This document shows, piece by piece, positions 35,245 to 48,343 of a stretch of DNA of 64,000 nt. The notes under the pieces were generated by a model. The model was not told the DNA's origin. It saw only the letters and a list, made by a program, of their open reading frames with translations, and searched no databases. A program made the position numbers and the translations under genes. The stretch lies in contig MU619248.1 in the NCBI GenBank assembly GCA_025201805.1, positions 1 through 64,000 on the forward strand, written 5' to 3'. The stretch is from Parasitella parasitica NRRL 2501 (taxonomy: Eukaryota > Fungi > Mucoromycota). Position 1 is the stretch's first letter. Every line of letters begins with the position of its first letter.

Positions 35245-36326
35245 NNNNNNNNNNNNNNNNNNNNNNNNNNNNNNNNNNNNNNNNNNNNNNNNNNNNNNNN
35301 NNNNNNNNNNNNNNNNNNNNNNNNNNNNNNNNNNNNNNNNNNNNNNNNNNNNNNNNNNNNNNNNNNNNNAAAAAAAAAAAAAAAGAGTACCGAGTTCACA
35401 ATATGAGTGTGATGGTGTTCTCGAAAACACTGACTTTTTTTTTCTTAACCTTTTAGAAACTCAAACCGGGGTTTAAAAATATATGGGTTGCATTTGTTCT
35501 TTTTCTTCCAAATTGTCAAAATTGGAAAAACAATATCCTTTAATCTATTTTTTCTCACGGAAGTGCAGCATCAACACCCAACAGTGCCATAACATGAAAG
35601 ACGCTATTTCTTTCATACTTTTTAGTGGCGTTTTTAGCTTTCACATTTTATTCACAAAAACCTTGCGTACTTTCTCAAATGCAGGATTTCGCTTAATGCA
35701 GAAAAAGTCGAAAAAGTGTGTATGCAACTGTGAAACAAACACTTTTATGGGATGCCGGTGATTGCCTATTTACAATACCCCCTCATATTGCCTTAGTAAA
35801 AAGTCTCATTTTTGAGGGTAAAACTCGCATCAAGTGAAAATGGGGTTTTGGGACGAGGTATCATAAGGCAAAAATCGAGTCAAAATCATGATTTGCAAAA
35901 AGTGGAGAAAACACTTCAGAATGAATCTGTTGTTCATTACAAGTCGTTTGGGGGTGCTTTTGGGCGCTGGAAGTGGCCGTATGCTGATACAATGGGCAGT
36001 TTAAGGCGCTGATTTCGGTGTATTGGCAGCATTTGGCATAGAGGTGATGCTGGAAATGCTATATATGCAATGCTCACCTTTTGTCAATTTTAAAGATAAA
36101 GGCTCAAGTCGCAAAAAGAACCGTTTTTAACCTTTACTGTTTATCTGGAAGAGATGCAATGTGATGAATTCCATGGATTATATAATGTTAGTAGTGAAAA
36201 GGAAGTATGTGCATGAGCTTAAGGCAATAAGCCTTTGCTTGTGACAATTTTTCCTGTGTTTTTTTTGACATTTGCACGTAAAAAAAACTTGGATTACACA
36301 CTGGTTTAACATTATCGCACACTACC

Positions 36327-38847
36327 ATGGCTGAAGAATCACAAAAGTTGCTGCTCAAGACTAGGTAAAACTAAGATTTTTATGAATCAAACAAACGAAT
36401 TGATTCAGGAACATAAATAGCTTCAAGTCTGTAAAGACTATTGAGTCCATTTACACTGGCGGCAAAGTGGTTATGACCAAAGATGCTAAATATCTGATCA
36501 CTACGCTCAATGAAGATATCATTGTCACCGAATTAGATACTGGAAAGCAAGTTTACGAGTTAGAAGGAGTATGTGTTTGATCATACATGGGAGGAGTATC
36601 TTTTCATGTTAATCTAAATATATATATATTTTATAGGATACCGAAATTGTTACCACCATGGCAGTGAAACCTGACGGAAAACATTTAGTGAGTGCTAGCC
36701 GTAGTCTGTTCCTCCGAATTTGGGACCTTACTACAGGCGAAAGCGTCCGCACTTTCAAAGCACACGAGGCCCCTATTATTGTAATGGACATTGACCTTTC
36801 GTCGACTTTGGTAGCTACAGGATCGGCGGATGCCAGCATCAAGGTTTGGGATATCGAAAAGGGCTTTTGCACTCACAATCTCAAAGGTCATGGTGGTGTC
36901 ATTTCTGCCATCAAATTCCACAAGTACAATGGTAAATGGTATATTGCTTCGGGCGCCGATGATTGTCAAGTTCGTATATGGGATTTACAAACTCGCAGCT
37001 GCATTGCAGTTCTACAAAGCCATGTCAGCGTTGTCCGTGGTCTTGATTTCTCTGCTGACGGCAAATTTCTGATCTCTGGCTCTCGTGATAAGGTAGTCAA
37101 TGTTTGGGATTGGCAGGCCAAAGAGCTGAGAGCTACGTACCCCATCTTTGAGACTCTTGAAACTGTCGGCTTTTTGGAGAAGAATGTCAAGCTGGCAGGC
37201 AAGTTTGGTAAAAGCTGGCAGGATGCCGATATCTTTTACACAGGTGGCGACTCGGGCCTCATCAAGTTATGGGATCTCAAGAGCGGTAAACTAATCAAAG
37301 CACAAGAACCAGAGAAGAACAGCAAACATACCATTTCAGACGTCGTGTACATTCAAAAGACAGAAACTTTGGCGGCCATCACCAACGATCAGAATATTCT
37401 CATGTATTCATTGGAACAAAAATTGGAGCGCACCAAGCAAATTGTCGGCTACAATGATGAAGTAGTGGACGTTGCGTACTTGGGCGATAACGACACACAT
37501 CTGGCAGCCGCTACCAACAGTGCACAGTTAAGGGTTTATAATGTTGAGACACAGGATTGCGACCTGCTTTACGGCCATGATGACATGATTATCTCACTGG
37601 ACAGATCAAAAGATGGCACTCTTGTTGTTACAGCCTCAAAAGACAAAACGGCTCGTCTTTGGAGGATTGATTTGGGGAATGCAGACCACAAAGAGCGCTT
37701 CAAGAGCGCCGGTATCTGTATCGGCCACACAGAGTCTGTTGGAGCTGTTGCGCTATCACGAAAGTCAACGTCTTTCATGATTACTGGCAGCCAAGACAGA
37801 ACCATCAAATATTGGAATCTAAGGGATTTAGATATGGACAATGCCGATGAAGAATACCGCCCCAAGTCTCTATACACCCATCAAGCACATGAGAAAGACA
37901 TCAATACTATCTGTATTGCTCCTAACGACAAGTTCTTTGCGACCGGCTCGCAGGATAAAACTGCCAAGCTCTGGAATGTCGATTCTGGAGAACTGGTGGG
38001 TGTAATGAAAGGCCATAAGCGTGGCGTGTGGTGTGCGCAATTCTCTCCGGTCGATCAAGTTCTCGCTACCAGCTCAGGTGATAAAACTGTCAAGATTTGG
38101 AGTCTGAAAGACTTTACATGCCTCAAGACGTTTGAGGGCCACACCAACTCAGTGTTGCGCGTCGACTTTTTAGCTGCTGGAATGCAGCTAGTGTCAGCTG
38201 GCTCAGACGGCCTTGTTAAAGTGTGGACAATCAAGACAAACGAATGCGCCTCTACACTCGATAACCATACGCAAAAAGTATGGGCATTGGCTGTGCGCAA
38301 GGACGAAAAATACATTGTGTCTGCCGGCGCTGATTCTGTTGTGAATTTTTGGCAAGATGTCACTCTTCAGGAACAAGAAGATGAACTGAAAGAGAAGGAG
38401 GAGCTCCTCATCAAAGAGCAAGAATTGCAGAACTTCATGCGCAAAAAAGACTATTTAAATGCTATTTTACTAGCACTATCATTAGAGCAACCTTTCCGTT
38501 TATTGGGCTTATTTAGACAGGTGTTTGAGGCTAGACCTGAAGGCGATAAAAGCATCACCGGCTCAGAAAGTGTGGATAAAATCCTCGCTGAACTATCCTT
38601 GGAGAATCTGGAAAAGTTGCTGGGATACGTTAGAGATTGGAATACCAACGCCAAACATTCAGATATTGCACAGACTGTCCTCTACGCAATCCTGGCTTCC
38701 CATGCATCAGAGGAATTGGTGGAAGCTCCCTCTGCCAAAGAACTCATTGATGGCCTTTTGCCTTACACAGATCGCCATTACCAAAGAATCGACGATCTGA
38801 TCACACAATCCTTTATCATCGATTACACTCTCTCGGCTCAAAAATAG
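36327..38847 (+). CDS. UTP13: U3 snoRNA-associated protein 13 / TBL3 (introns 36365-36420, 36569-36636)
   Basis: IESIYTGGKV; about 13 WD40 repeats (AHEKDIN, GHKRGVW, FEGHTNSVLRV); Utp13 C-terminal domain RDWNTNAKHS...LLPYTDRHYQR. Confidence 0.95.
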
Positions 38848-40105
38848 ATGTACATTAGCTTTGTCCAAGCAGCTCATACTCATATTACTAATAAACTTCA
38901 ATTACATGTTGCACCAAGAGTTGCGTTTATCTTCTGGAACAATAGAATGATTGTCTGATCTGCCAAAATTAAAATTTCTGATGATACCAACAGTGATCTT
39001 TCCCATTAAAAGAACTTAAGTTTAGAAATTGTTGTACTGAAAGTCTTGTTTTGGTTGAGACGTTTGTACAATAATTTCAGGGTGAAATTGACTGATGACA
39101 TATATATCCGCACGTAATTCATCATACATGCGTTGTCATAAACGAGGGCATCATACTATATGAACATGCACCGCGTGCTATGATATTTACTGAGCTGTTG
39201 TGGTTGTTGTTGATATGTTTACATCCCCATTGTTACTTTGACGTTGTTAAAAAGCCTTACAGCAAGTTGATCTTGACTTGAACTCGAGTTCTCTTTCTAT
39301 AAGAAGCTTGTAACAATGGAAAGCAACAAATATCGATTTTTTTTATCAATGTCAATAATTAACTCTGGTGATAATAGCATTCTGAAATTCTGATTCCTGT
39401 CATGTGTTGCCCAAATAAACAATTCCAAAGGCAATCTGTGACATTTCACTGCACTTTTCTATTTTCTGTTACGGTACAAAACACATGCAGAAATGCATTC
39501 GTTGTTGAAACGGCGTTTAGTAGTATCCTCCTTTTTCGACTGTCCTCGATCAATGACATGGTTGCATCAAGGTTAACAAGTTCACTAAACAAAAATAGAG
39601 AACCACAAACTAATCCAGCCTATTAGCTACTACGGCACTGAAGATGTCAGCAAAATGATATTGAAAACATGGGGTTTGATTACCAAGCGCATCAACAAGT
39701 TGTTCTATTACAGGATTTCAAAGTTTTGAAGGATACTGAGCAAAATTGAAATAAGAAATCTTTTTTTTTTGGATCAAACGAAACTTTTCAATATAGCTTT
39801 TAATACAAGAAATCTTGGGTAAACAAAGGTACGTTTTATATAATACATAGAATGAAATCTTCATTTTTACATGGCATTTCTGATCTTGTCTCAGCTTCTT
39901 AGTCTAGCAAGGTGACAAAAAAGTTTATTCCCTAAATTGATATCGCCATACGGAGTGGTGCTATTGGTTGATTACACATGCCATTTTGAAATACAACTGC
40001 TTCGTGTAGCCCTCTACTCACTATGAAAAAAAGTTGCCTTTTCCCCTCTTTGTTTCCTTTTGTTCCTTCTTCTTCTTTTTCGAAAAAGAATCGTTTAAAA
40101 CCAAG

Positions 40106-40809
40106 ATGGTCGACTACATCAAATTCCTCAATTCGCCTTATTTTAGCATTGGCTCCTTTTTGTTCTTTCAACAGTTGGGAAGATTCATTAGTCTTGACAA
40201 TTACCTCTATCAACTCAGAATATTGTATCTCTCTGCTCAAGTAGCTATTATAGGCCTTAGCTACTATTTAATTCACAAGATCCAGAAAAAAAACGGTAAG
40301 GCAACTGCGATCCGAGAGATTGCTGGAAATTGACATGGGGCTGATGGTCACATATACTTAGATCTTACTGTTCTGAAATACGTGGAGCCCGCTTCTCAAA
40401 GTTGGGACGGATCAGAGACCTCTGAGCAGCTGATCAACACAACAGTTATGGGTAGAGTATAGCTGGAAATGCACGTACAGAATGCAGGATTCTCATTGTC
40501 CACGTAGATTACGATGTTGCAGAGGTGAATAAGGCTATTAAGCAATCTGCGATGGGTATTCTTATGATTACCTTCCTCCACTTCAAGTTTGGCTACATTC
40601 AGCCTCTGTTGGTTCAGTCTATCCTTGGCTTCAAGACGTTTTTAATGACCAAGGAAGCACGTATTCATTTCTGGGGATCCCCAACTACGGGAGATTTAAG
40701 ACGTCCTTTCAGAATTGAAGCTCCCTTTGGCATGGTGAATGAGAAGAGGCAGCCCAGAACTGACAAGGGCTCTATCAAAAAGGCTGAAAAGGCCTTGAAA
40801 GCAGAGTAA
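40106..40809 (+). CDS. PHO88: Pho88/Snd3 ER membrane protein (3 exons)
   Basis: IQKKNDLTVLKYVEP, TTVMDYD, LHFKFGYIQPLLVQSI, GDLRRPF. Confidence 0.9.
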
Positions 40810-40953
40810 AACTCAACCACGTATGTCAGACCATGGAGATTGTATATTAGTTTAATGCATGTTGCATTCAATAAATGATGGCAAAAACATATAAAATATT
40901 CAGGACTGTCAATCCTACATCCTTTTCCCTTTCTTTTCTTTAAAAACATCAGC

Positions 40954-42297
40954 ATGAGCGCTCAAACAGATGGAGCTGTAGAGGATGCAAAGCCTGTCTA
41001 TGGCTGGAGCCCACCCACTGGAGAAAAGAAAGACTTTTATTACAAAGGATCACCAATTACTCGAGATCATGTAGGTAGATAAGGCACAAACCCAACGCAA
41101 CTAAACCAGTTGCAATAGGTAAGAAAGATGTTTGAAAACTCGAAAATCAGAGAATGTCGAGGACACAAAGAAAAGGTGCACACGGTTGCTTGGAACTGTG
41201 ATGGTAGAAAGCTAGGCTCAGGCTCTGTAGACAAAACTGCACGCGTTTGGTCGCCACACCGAGGAGTAAATACAGATGGGTCAATCGATGCTCGGATACT
41301 TGTACTCATTACACTTGCCATTTAGACAGACGTTAGATACTCCGTCGAGTTAAAGGGGCATACGAACAGTGTGGATCAGTTAGACTGGGACCCTACTCAT
41401 CCAGACCGCCTAGCAACAGCTTCAAGTGATAAAACGGTCCGATTATGGGATCAGAGATGTAAAAGACAACGCTTAATCGAAAATTGAACATGGACTCACT
41501 ACTTGTTTTAACTCTCGTATAGCTGGAAAATGTACAGCTGTGGTGCAAACAGAAGGGGAGAACATTAATATCTGTTGGAGTCCTGATGGAAACAGCATTG
41601 CAGTAGGGGATAAAAATGACACGATTAGCATTATTGATACTCGTACAAACATAATCAGCAATAAGCACAAACACCCCGTCGAAGTGAATGAAATTGCTTG
41701 GAATAATGCCAATAACCAGTTTTTTGTGACAACAGGACAAGGCACCATCAAAGTCTATGATTACCCTTCCTTTGAGTTACAAGCAAACCTCCGCGGACAT
41801 ACAGCAAATTGTTACTGTGTTGAAACAGACCCTACCAGCAGATACCTTGCTGTTGGATCGGCGGATGCGATGGTCTCATTATGGGATACCCAAACATTCC
41901 AATGTGTCAGAGCTTTTGAGGAACTTACGTGAGTAGTTGGATAGCATGTTTTCTGCGAAAATCTCTGACAATCCATGATAGTTGGCCCGTCAGGACGCTC
42001 AGCTTCAGTTTCGATGGTCAATACATTGCCTCTGCTTCTGAAGACCATTTTATTGATGTAGTAAGTGTTTAAAAACGACGAGTAGATTGGGTCATCTAAT
42101 TACAGAGAAAATACTAGTCTCATGTTGAGAGTGGCGAATCAGTTCATCATGTCGAATGCTCTGCAGCCATGAATACTGTTGCTTGGTCTCCTCGAGACTA
42201 TTATCTAGCTTATGCTGGAGACGAAACTGCTTCTGATGGTAAATATGCTGGCAATTTGAAGATTTTCAGCATGAAGGATCCCAGGGAGCAAAAATAA
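40954..42297 (+). CDS. THOC3: THO/TREX complex WD40 subunit THOC3/Tex1 (multi-exon)
   Basis: VHTVAWNCDGRKLGSGSVDKT, GENINICWSPDG, HTANCYCVETDPTSRYLAVGSADAMVSLWD, WPVRTLSFSFDGQYIASASEDHFID. Confidence 0.92.
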
Positions 42298-42464
42298 TAT
42301 CGTAATAAAATGTAAATAATACCATGATCGATTATAAAGATTATTATGTAAAACAATATAGTCAGATACTGTTTTCAAATTCTTTTTATTATACTTCATT
42401 CTTATGCTTATTATGCCACTTGTACTTCTTATTTCTTGAATCATAATAGAAAGACCCTTAAATA

Positions 42465-43828
42465 CCGTGGGTAAAGATAAGTCACCGTCCTTTTTAATTT
42501 CCTTTATTTTTCAAATAAAAACAAGTAGAATACTCTTCAATCAAACGCTCTTTTATCACTACTCCATAAATACAACTGATTATGACTTTAACAGATATTA
42601 CCAACGACCATCGTACAATTCGTAAACAACTTGACGATTATACATGTGGGCTCACTATCGGCAGATATCAAGCCAAACAAAAGATCACTCAAATTTCACG
42701 TGAAATGTGCTTGCCAAAGTCGACCGTTACTGATTGTGTCAATCGCTACAATAAAACAGGAAGTGGAGTAATCCAAAAACGTAGCGGAAGACCTCTTAAG
42801 TTGTCTGAAAGAGATCAGCGTACTGTTGTGCGCAGCTTTAGAGAGAAACCATTTGATTCTTTTGTCACTCATAACGCAAGATTGAAAGCAGCTGGAATTG
42901 ATATACATCCTCAAACGCTATCGATATATGCTGACAGACACGGCTTTGGGTCATATTCCCCAGCATCTGTACCAATGCTGAAACCCAAGCAAATCGAAAA
43001 AAGACTTGCTTGGGCCAAAGAAAAGGTTAATTGGACAGCTGAACAATGGNNNNNNNNNNNNNNNNNNNNNNNNNNNNNNNNNNNNNNNNNNNNNNNNNNN
43101 NNNNNNNNNNNNNNNNNNNNNNNNNNNNNNNNNNNNNNNNNNNNNNNNNNNNNNNNNNNNNNNNNNNNNNNNNNNNNNNNNNNNNNNNNNNNNNNNNNNN
43201 NNNNNNNNNNNNNNNNNNNNNNNNNNNNNNNNNNNNNNNNNNNNNNNNNNNNNNNNNNNNNNNNNNNNNNNNNNNNNNNNNNNNNNNNNNNNNNNNNNNN
43301 NNNNNNNNNNNNNNNNNNNNNNNNNNNNNNNNNNNNNNNNNNNNNNNNNNNNNNNNNNNNNNNNNNNNNNNNNNNNNNNNNNNNNNNNNNNNNNNNNNNN
43401 NNNNNNNNNNNNNNNNNNNNNNNNNNNNNNNNNNNNNNNNNNNNNNNNNNNNNNNNNNNNNNNNNNNNNNNNNNNNNNNNNNNNNNNNNNNNNNNNNNNN
43501 NNNNNNNNNAATGTGGATCAGTTGGAGACTTGTATTCGCAACGAATGGTATGCAATACCTCCATCATTTTTAGAGACTTTAGTCGACAGTATGAGCTCTC
43601 GATGCAAGGCTGTTATTGAGGCTAATGGTGGCAATACCAGATATTAATTTTAATTTTTTTTTGCTATATTACTAAAATAAACATGTTAAGCTTTGTATAC
43701 TTCAAATCTTATACGATTATATTGATATTTCACTAATAAGTTTTTTCAATCAAAAAACATTTCAAAACTTGAATTTAATTTCTGACACCAAAAAGTAAAA
43801 AAGGACGGTGACTTATCTTTACCCACGG
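42465..43828 (+). mobile_element. Tc1/mariner DNA transposon with 31-bp perfect TIRs and TA target-site duplication
   Basis: CCGTGGGTAAAGATAAGTCACCGTCCTTTTT at 42465-42495 and its exact reverse complement at 43798-43828. TA is present at 42463-64 and 43829-30. Confidence 0.95.
42582..43647 (+). CDS. Tc1-family transposase (DDE core hidden in the gap at 43050-43509)
   Basis: HTH region followed by RSGRPLKLSERDQR and KRLAWAKEKVNWTAEQW. C-terminus EWYAIPPSFLETLVDSMSSRCKAVIEANGGNTRY is typical of Tc1. Confidence 0.88.
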
Positions 43829-43832
43829 TATT

Positions 43833-44055
43833 TGATGCTCAGGAAGAAACCATGGATTCATCTTACCAGTAAACAATGCTGCTCTATCTTCCTCCAAGAA
43901 GGAAAAGACTCATAGGGAGCAGGATGTAGGGCATCCACCTTGGGCAGTAGCACCTTCATCTCCGTCAACAAGGTTTTCAGATCCCCATAGTCGAAGCGTA
44001 AAGCAAGAGGGAGCTTCAGCTGGATACATGAAACGTTAGTCTCTTTTCAAATATG
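43833..44055 (+). pseudogene. Decayed duplicate of the ARP8 5' region
   Basis: 43987-44032 matches 26608-26653 at 45/46 nt. 43888-43986 aligns with about 26508-26607, and 43834-43879 with about 26047-26099. An in-frame TAG replaces CAG. Confidence 0.85.
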
Positions 44056-45155
44056 TCGTCGTACCAGCTTCATATTGCATATCAAACCATTGTATTTTTA
44101 TTAAATTTGTAACTTGTAAGGAAAAGAATGTCTTGAATTTGCAATGAATAAAAGTATTAATCAGCTCGAGACCAGTCTGGTCGTATAGAAAATCTACTTT
44201 GCTACGATCAGTAAAGTGGCTGTTATACAATACATACATTGATGTCCTAGCATATTTAATTTCAAGGAATTGCCAGCTGTTGACACAGAAAACTCTGCTG
44301 TACCTGGAGTAAATCAAATATGGTATCTGATACATCATGTTTGCTATAAATTGGTTGGTTTACAATAAAATCGCTTACAACCTCTGTATTACTGATGCAT
44401 TGCGTCAATTTGATTGATTCCAAAGATGTTACATACCCCTAAACAGTGTACATACTTTTTATACCGAGCTAGAAGCCATTATTGATGACTTTCAAGGCCT
44501 TATTTTGAATCTGCTGTGACATCCCAAGAAATAACCCCCATTTCGGCCTCCAGCAGTATATCAACATGATTATATTATGGTATACTGAACCAATAATAGT
44601 TAATCTCTTAAACAAATGAACTTAATCAGGGAATAGAAACATGGGTTATTTGGAGGTATGTGCTAGATTTGATCTCTGCATTAAATGTTCCTCAGCTTGT
44701 AGCCTTAAGGAAATTCATTAATTTGACACTGTTGATTTGGGTACAAAGAAGCTAAAAAACTGTAGAAATCTGAAGGAGCTAAATCTAAACATGAAGACTA
44801 TTATAAGATTATACGTAAATATAAGAGTTAGGTTGCGATCTTAATCCACAACATTTTAATTGAACTTTTTGTCACTATATTATTTTTGACAAACTAAATA
44901 TAGCGTTTTCTTGCAGCCTAGTAATCTAGGCCGTTTATCTTCTAGATCAAGCAAAAAAATAAAAGTGCTCGGTAACCGACAGGCATATTGTCAATTCAAA
45001 TCCCAAGTTCAAAAATAGATAATTCGGCTAACTTTTTCCAATGTGATGTAATGTCAAACCCAAAGTGTATATAAAAGGTCATCCGTGTCGATCCATCAAA
45101 GCAGAAAATCAATCAATTCAACTGATTTACTCTACAACAACAATTCAAATATATC

Positions 45156-45749
45156 ATGCTTCAATTAATCCCCATTGCTGTCTTTGCCTTGATAGGCTTC
45201 TCTTCTCTTGCAAATGCTGCTCCCACTCACACAAATGCAGTTTCTATGAATGAATCACCCTCTGTTTATGCTGCTTCCGCTGCAATGCCTATGAATTGGA
45301 ATCAACGAGACATTGAAAGCATTCTCACTGCTCGAATTAATCAAGCCATGAAAAAAGACCCTATGCTCCTTGTCAAGCGTGCAGGTGAGGACGATGCTGC
45401 TCCTCTTAGCTTGGATACTATATTCAGAGGCTTCTTTGATAACATTATAAATCATATCATTGAGGTGACTCCTTTGAATGACATTGTTCACGGCAATTAT
45501 GACTTTTTGTATCAAATCTTTTTGTCCAAAGTTCAGGAAATTCTTACAGGCGTTACTGGCGATGCTCCTGCTGCTTCTACTCCTCCTCCTCCTCCTTCTG
45601 ATGAGGGTAGTAGTGAATACGATGACGACGATGACAACGATGACAACGATGACGAAAATGAGGATGAGAACGATGAGGATGATGAGGATGATGAGGATGA
45701 TGAGGATCACAAACAATGGAAACACAGACACCATGATGATGACGAATAA
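45156..45749 (+). CDS. Small secreted protein with KR (Kex2-like) site and acidic/His-rich tail
   Basis: Signal peptide MLQLIPIAVFALIGFSSLANA; LLVKR; D/E-rich C-terminus ending HKQWKHRHHDDDE; TATA-like TATATAAA at about 45068. Confidence 0.8.
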   Translation: MLQLIPIAVFALIGFSSLANAAPTHTNAVSMNESPSVYAASAAMPMNWNQRDIESILTARINQAMKKDPMLLVKRAGEDDAAPLSLDTIFRGFFDNIINHIIEVTPLNDIVHGNYDFLYQIFLSKVQEILTGVTGDAPAASTPPPPPSDEGSSEYDDDDDNDDNDDENEDENDEDDEDDEDDEDHKQWKHRHHDDDE

Positions 45750-46173
45750 TTATCTATATTTTGTCTAATTCCCGTATTATATCTGTAGTTTTCCAACCAA
45801 AAAGAAATATATCTAAACAAATCCATATTTTACTCGAATAAAAAAGACTCGCAGAGTTTTGTTCAAGTGTCTTTAGCTTTTTCGCATATTGTCATACTTT
45901 TCAACAATACGATTAGTACTCCTGCAAATTGAGGCTTTTGATGGAGCTATCCATGTAATGTATTATACTGGACACCAACACTACTTCATCGTTTGATGAT
46001 TGAGACTCCTGAAAAATGGAGGTATATTAATAACGCAGGTACTTTACTCAATAATAGATCCAAATGGTGGACCAAGCGCTGTTACAGCTCAACAGCATGG
46101 TAATAGCCCCAAAATTTATGTAATAAAAAGTGGTTTGATTGGTATTTTATATATACATCCAATATGTCAATTT

Positions 46174-48343
46174 CTAGTATTTATTGTCTTCTTCATCTTC
46201 TTTGTTATAATACTTTTCGCCTTTGTACTTTTCATCATTCTCGTCATCATCGCCATCTTCTCCTTCTTCTCCTTCTTCACACGTCTCGTTAGGACCATGG
46301 TGATGACCATGATGATGGCCACCACAATCATTACCACCATGACCTCCACACGTTTCAGTGCTTGTTTCATCGTTAGTACAAGTAGCTTTATTGCAGTCAG
46401 TTACGGTTCTTGTCCTAGGTTTGAACAATATTTTTCTTCTGGTCGCAGTCTCATACTCCGTGAAAGAGGCTACGCTGTTCTTTTCCGTAGTTGTGATAGT
46501 GCCCGCACTGGCGGTAATAGTGGTAGTGCGTGCAGGCACACTGACTGTGACAAAATCGGTATGCTCATCAAGGGTTTCTATCTCTGTAGAATCAACTGTA
46601 ACAATTAGAGTATTATCTTCAGGGCATGAAGTTTCGGTAAAAGTTTCCCAAGTCTCTGTCTGTGTTTCAGTCTCGGTTTCTGTTGTTATTTCCGTTAAAG
46701 TCTCTACCGTTGTGTAGGTAGTTGTTGAATCGCTAATCACACTCGTATTTGTTCCGGTTTTTGTTCTGGTTCTTGTATTCCTTCTGGTAATTATGCTTAT
46801 TATATTAGAGGTATTAATTGTTGGTCTAAAAGTTGGCTTGTATGTCACTGTTGTAGTTTGTGGTTTGGGAGATGGGAATCCAGTAAAAGACCAAGTACGG
46901 GTTCTTGAGCGACTTGTAGTCGAGATTGGAGAAGATGTTGGAACAAAAGTTGGTGTGGTTGTCGCATGGTCAGGTAGACATCCTATGAAACTAGGCAAGT
47001 GAACAGAGAATCAGATCGAGTATTGTGCGGATAAGCTTTTCACTTACTAGTCGCAATCAGCACCACCAGCTTTGTAATCAAGGATTTCAACACCCGAATT
47101 TAAGTTTTGCCATGTATAATCCAAACCAACCACCTGGCCACCAAAGTTACCAGTGTTTCCATCCAGAATATGGCCTACGAGAGAGTTTTAAACGTATGGA
47201 TTAATATGCAAATTCCCGTAATAGCAGCAGTGATCAATAAATTACCTCTAGGAGCTAAGACAAATCCTTGGAGTGGATCAGATGTTCGGCGATGGAAAGT
47301 GAATGTGCCGTCAGCCATATAGTTGCCATTGGCATCGACAGGATAAAGGTTATAGATAACATTGCATGGATTAAAGCCACTGGATGGATGAGGGGTAGTC
47401 ATTGTAAAGGTATCGCCATTGGTGACAGGGATCTACTAGACACTGTCACTAGGCGGTTTTCAGCATGAATGTAGCAAGACTTACATTTAATACATATGTC
47501 TTATCAGGGTTAACATCTAGGCCGTGTACACCATTCCAGCTACCCTTATTGAAGAAAATATGGCTAGGATCTGATTCTTTGGCTTTATCCGAACTGCAGG
47601 AAGTTGATTGACATGTATGGAATACGAGGATCTCATAGAGAGAGAGCTCGCTATCACGAATATTTGTAAGTGATCCATCTGTTTCCAAAATAGCCGTAGC
47701 AGGGTGAGTTGCAAAATCTTGCGAGGATCCTTGAAGCAATTCTTTAACCAGACCAAAGTCAAATAAACCAGTACCCTGCTGATCAGTGACAGAACAACCC
47801 TCATCAAGTTCTATGACTTCTTCAATCGTGCCTCCACCAGCAATATAGGCACTGCCATGGACATTGGTATTGAAGGTATCAACTTTACCACCAACGACTA
47901 GGCCATAAGAGTTAAAAGAGTTTACATTAGCACAGTCAGCGCCCTGAAAAATTTGTTTAATATTTCATCTATAATTATATAATACACTAAAACTTACATG
48001 ATCGACATTCACTATGTAATTGGGAGCATGCAAGTCTCCTTCTACTGCGAGAGCGCCCAGAATATCTTTATCGCCGCCTGTGTAAAAATCGCCAAAGAAT
48101 ATACCAGTGAATCTAGCCAACTATAAATGAATAAAGAAATAAGTCGTTGCTGACATGTGATTTATCTATTTCATGAGAATAAAGTACCAAATCAGTTTCC
48201 CATCCAGGACCTGTGCAATCATCAAAGTCTTGTAAAACATCCCTATATAATAGGCGACTCTTTCCTCTTCCACTTTCTGAAGCAACAAAAGTAGAAGACA
48301 GTACAAGTAAAGCTGAAAGTACAAGAGATAATGAAGGCGCCAT
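46174..48343 (-). CDS. Secreted choice-of-anchor A-domain adhesin-like protein with Thr-rich stalk (6 exons)
   Basis: Spliced sequence: signal peptide, WETDL|LARFTGIFFGDFYTGGDKDILGALAVEGD, NVIYNLYP, GFVLAPRGHILDGNTGNFGGQVVG, CDYFIGCLP, then a Thr/Glu stalk and a His/acidic tail. The five GT-AG introns appear in phase. Confidence 0.78.

Noticed and set aside
38900-39930. Possible gene or TE relic between UTP13 and PHO88
   Set aside because: Only short ORFs without motifs, and no terminal repeats found.
42911-43573. Long ORFs spanning N runs (also 35149-35476)
   Set aside because: They are artefacts of assembly gaps.
45255-46717. Hydrophobic or Met-rich ORFs overlapping the secreted genes
   Set aside because: They are alternate-frame or antisense readings of GAT/GAG and Thr-codon repeats.
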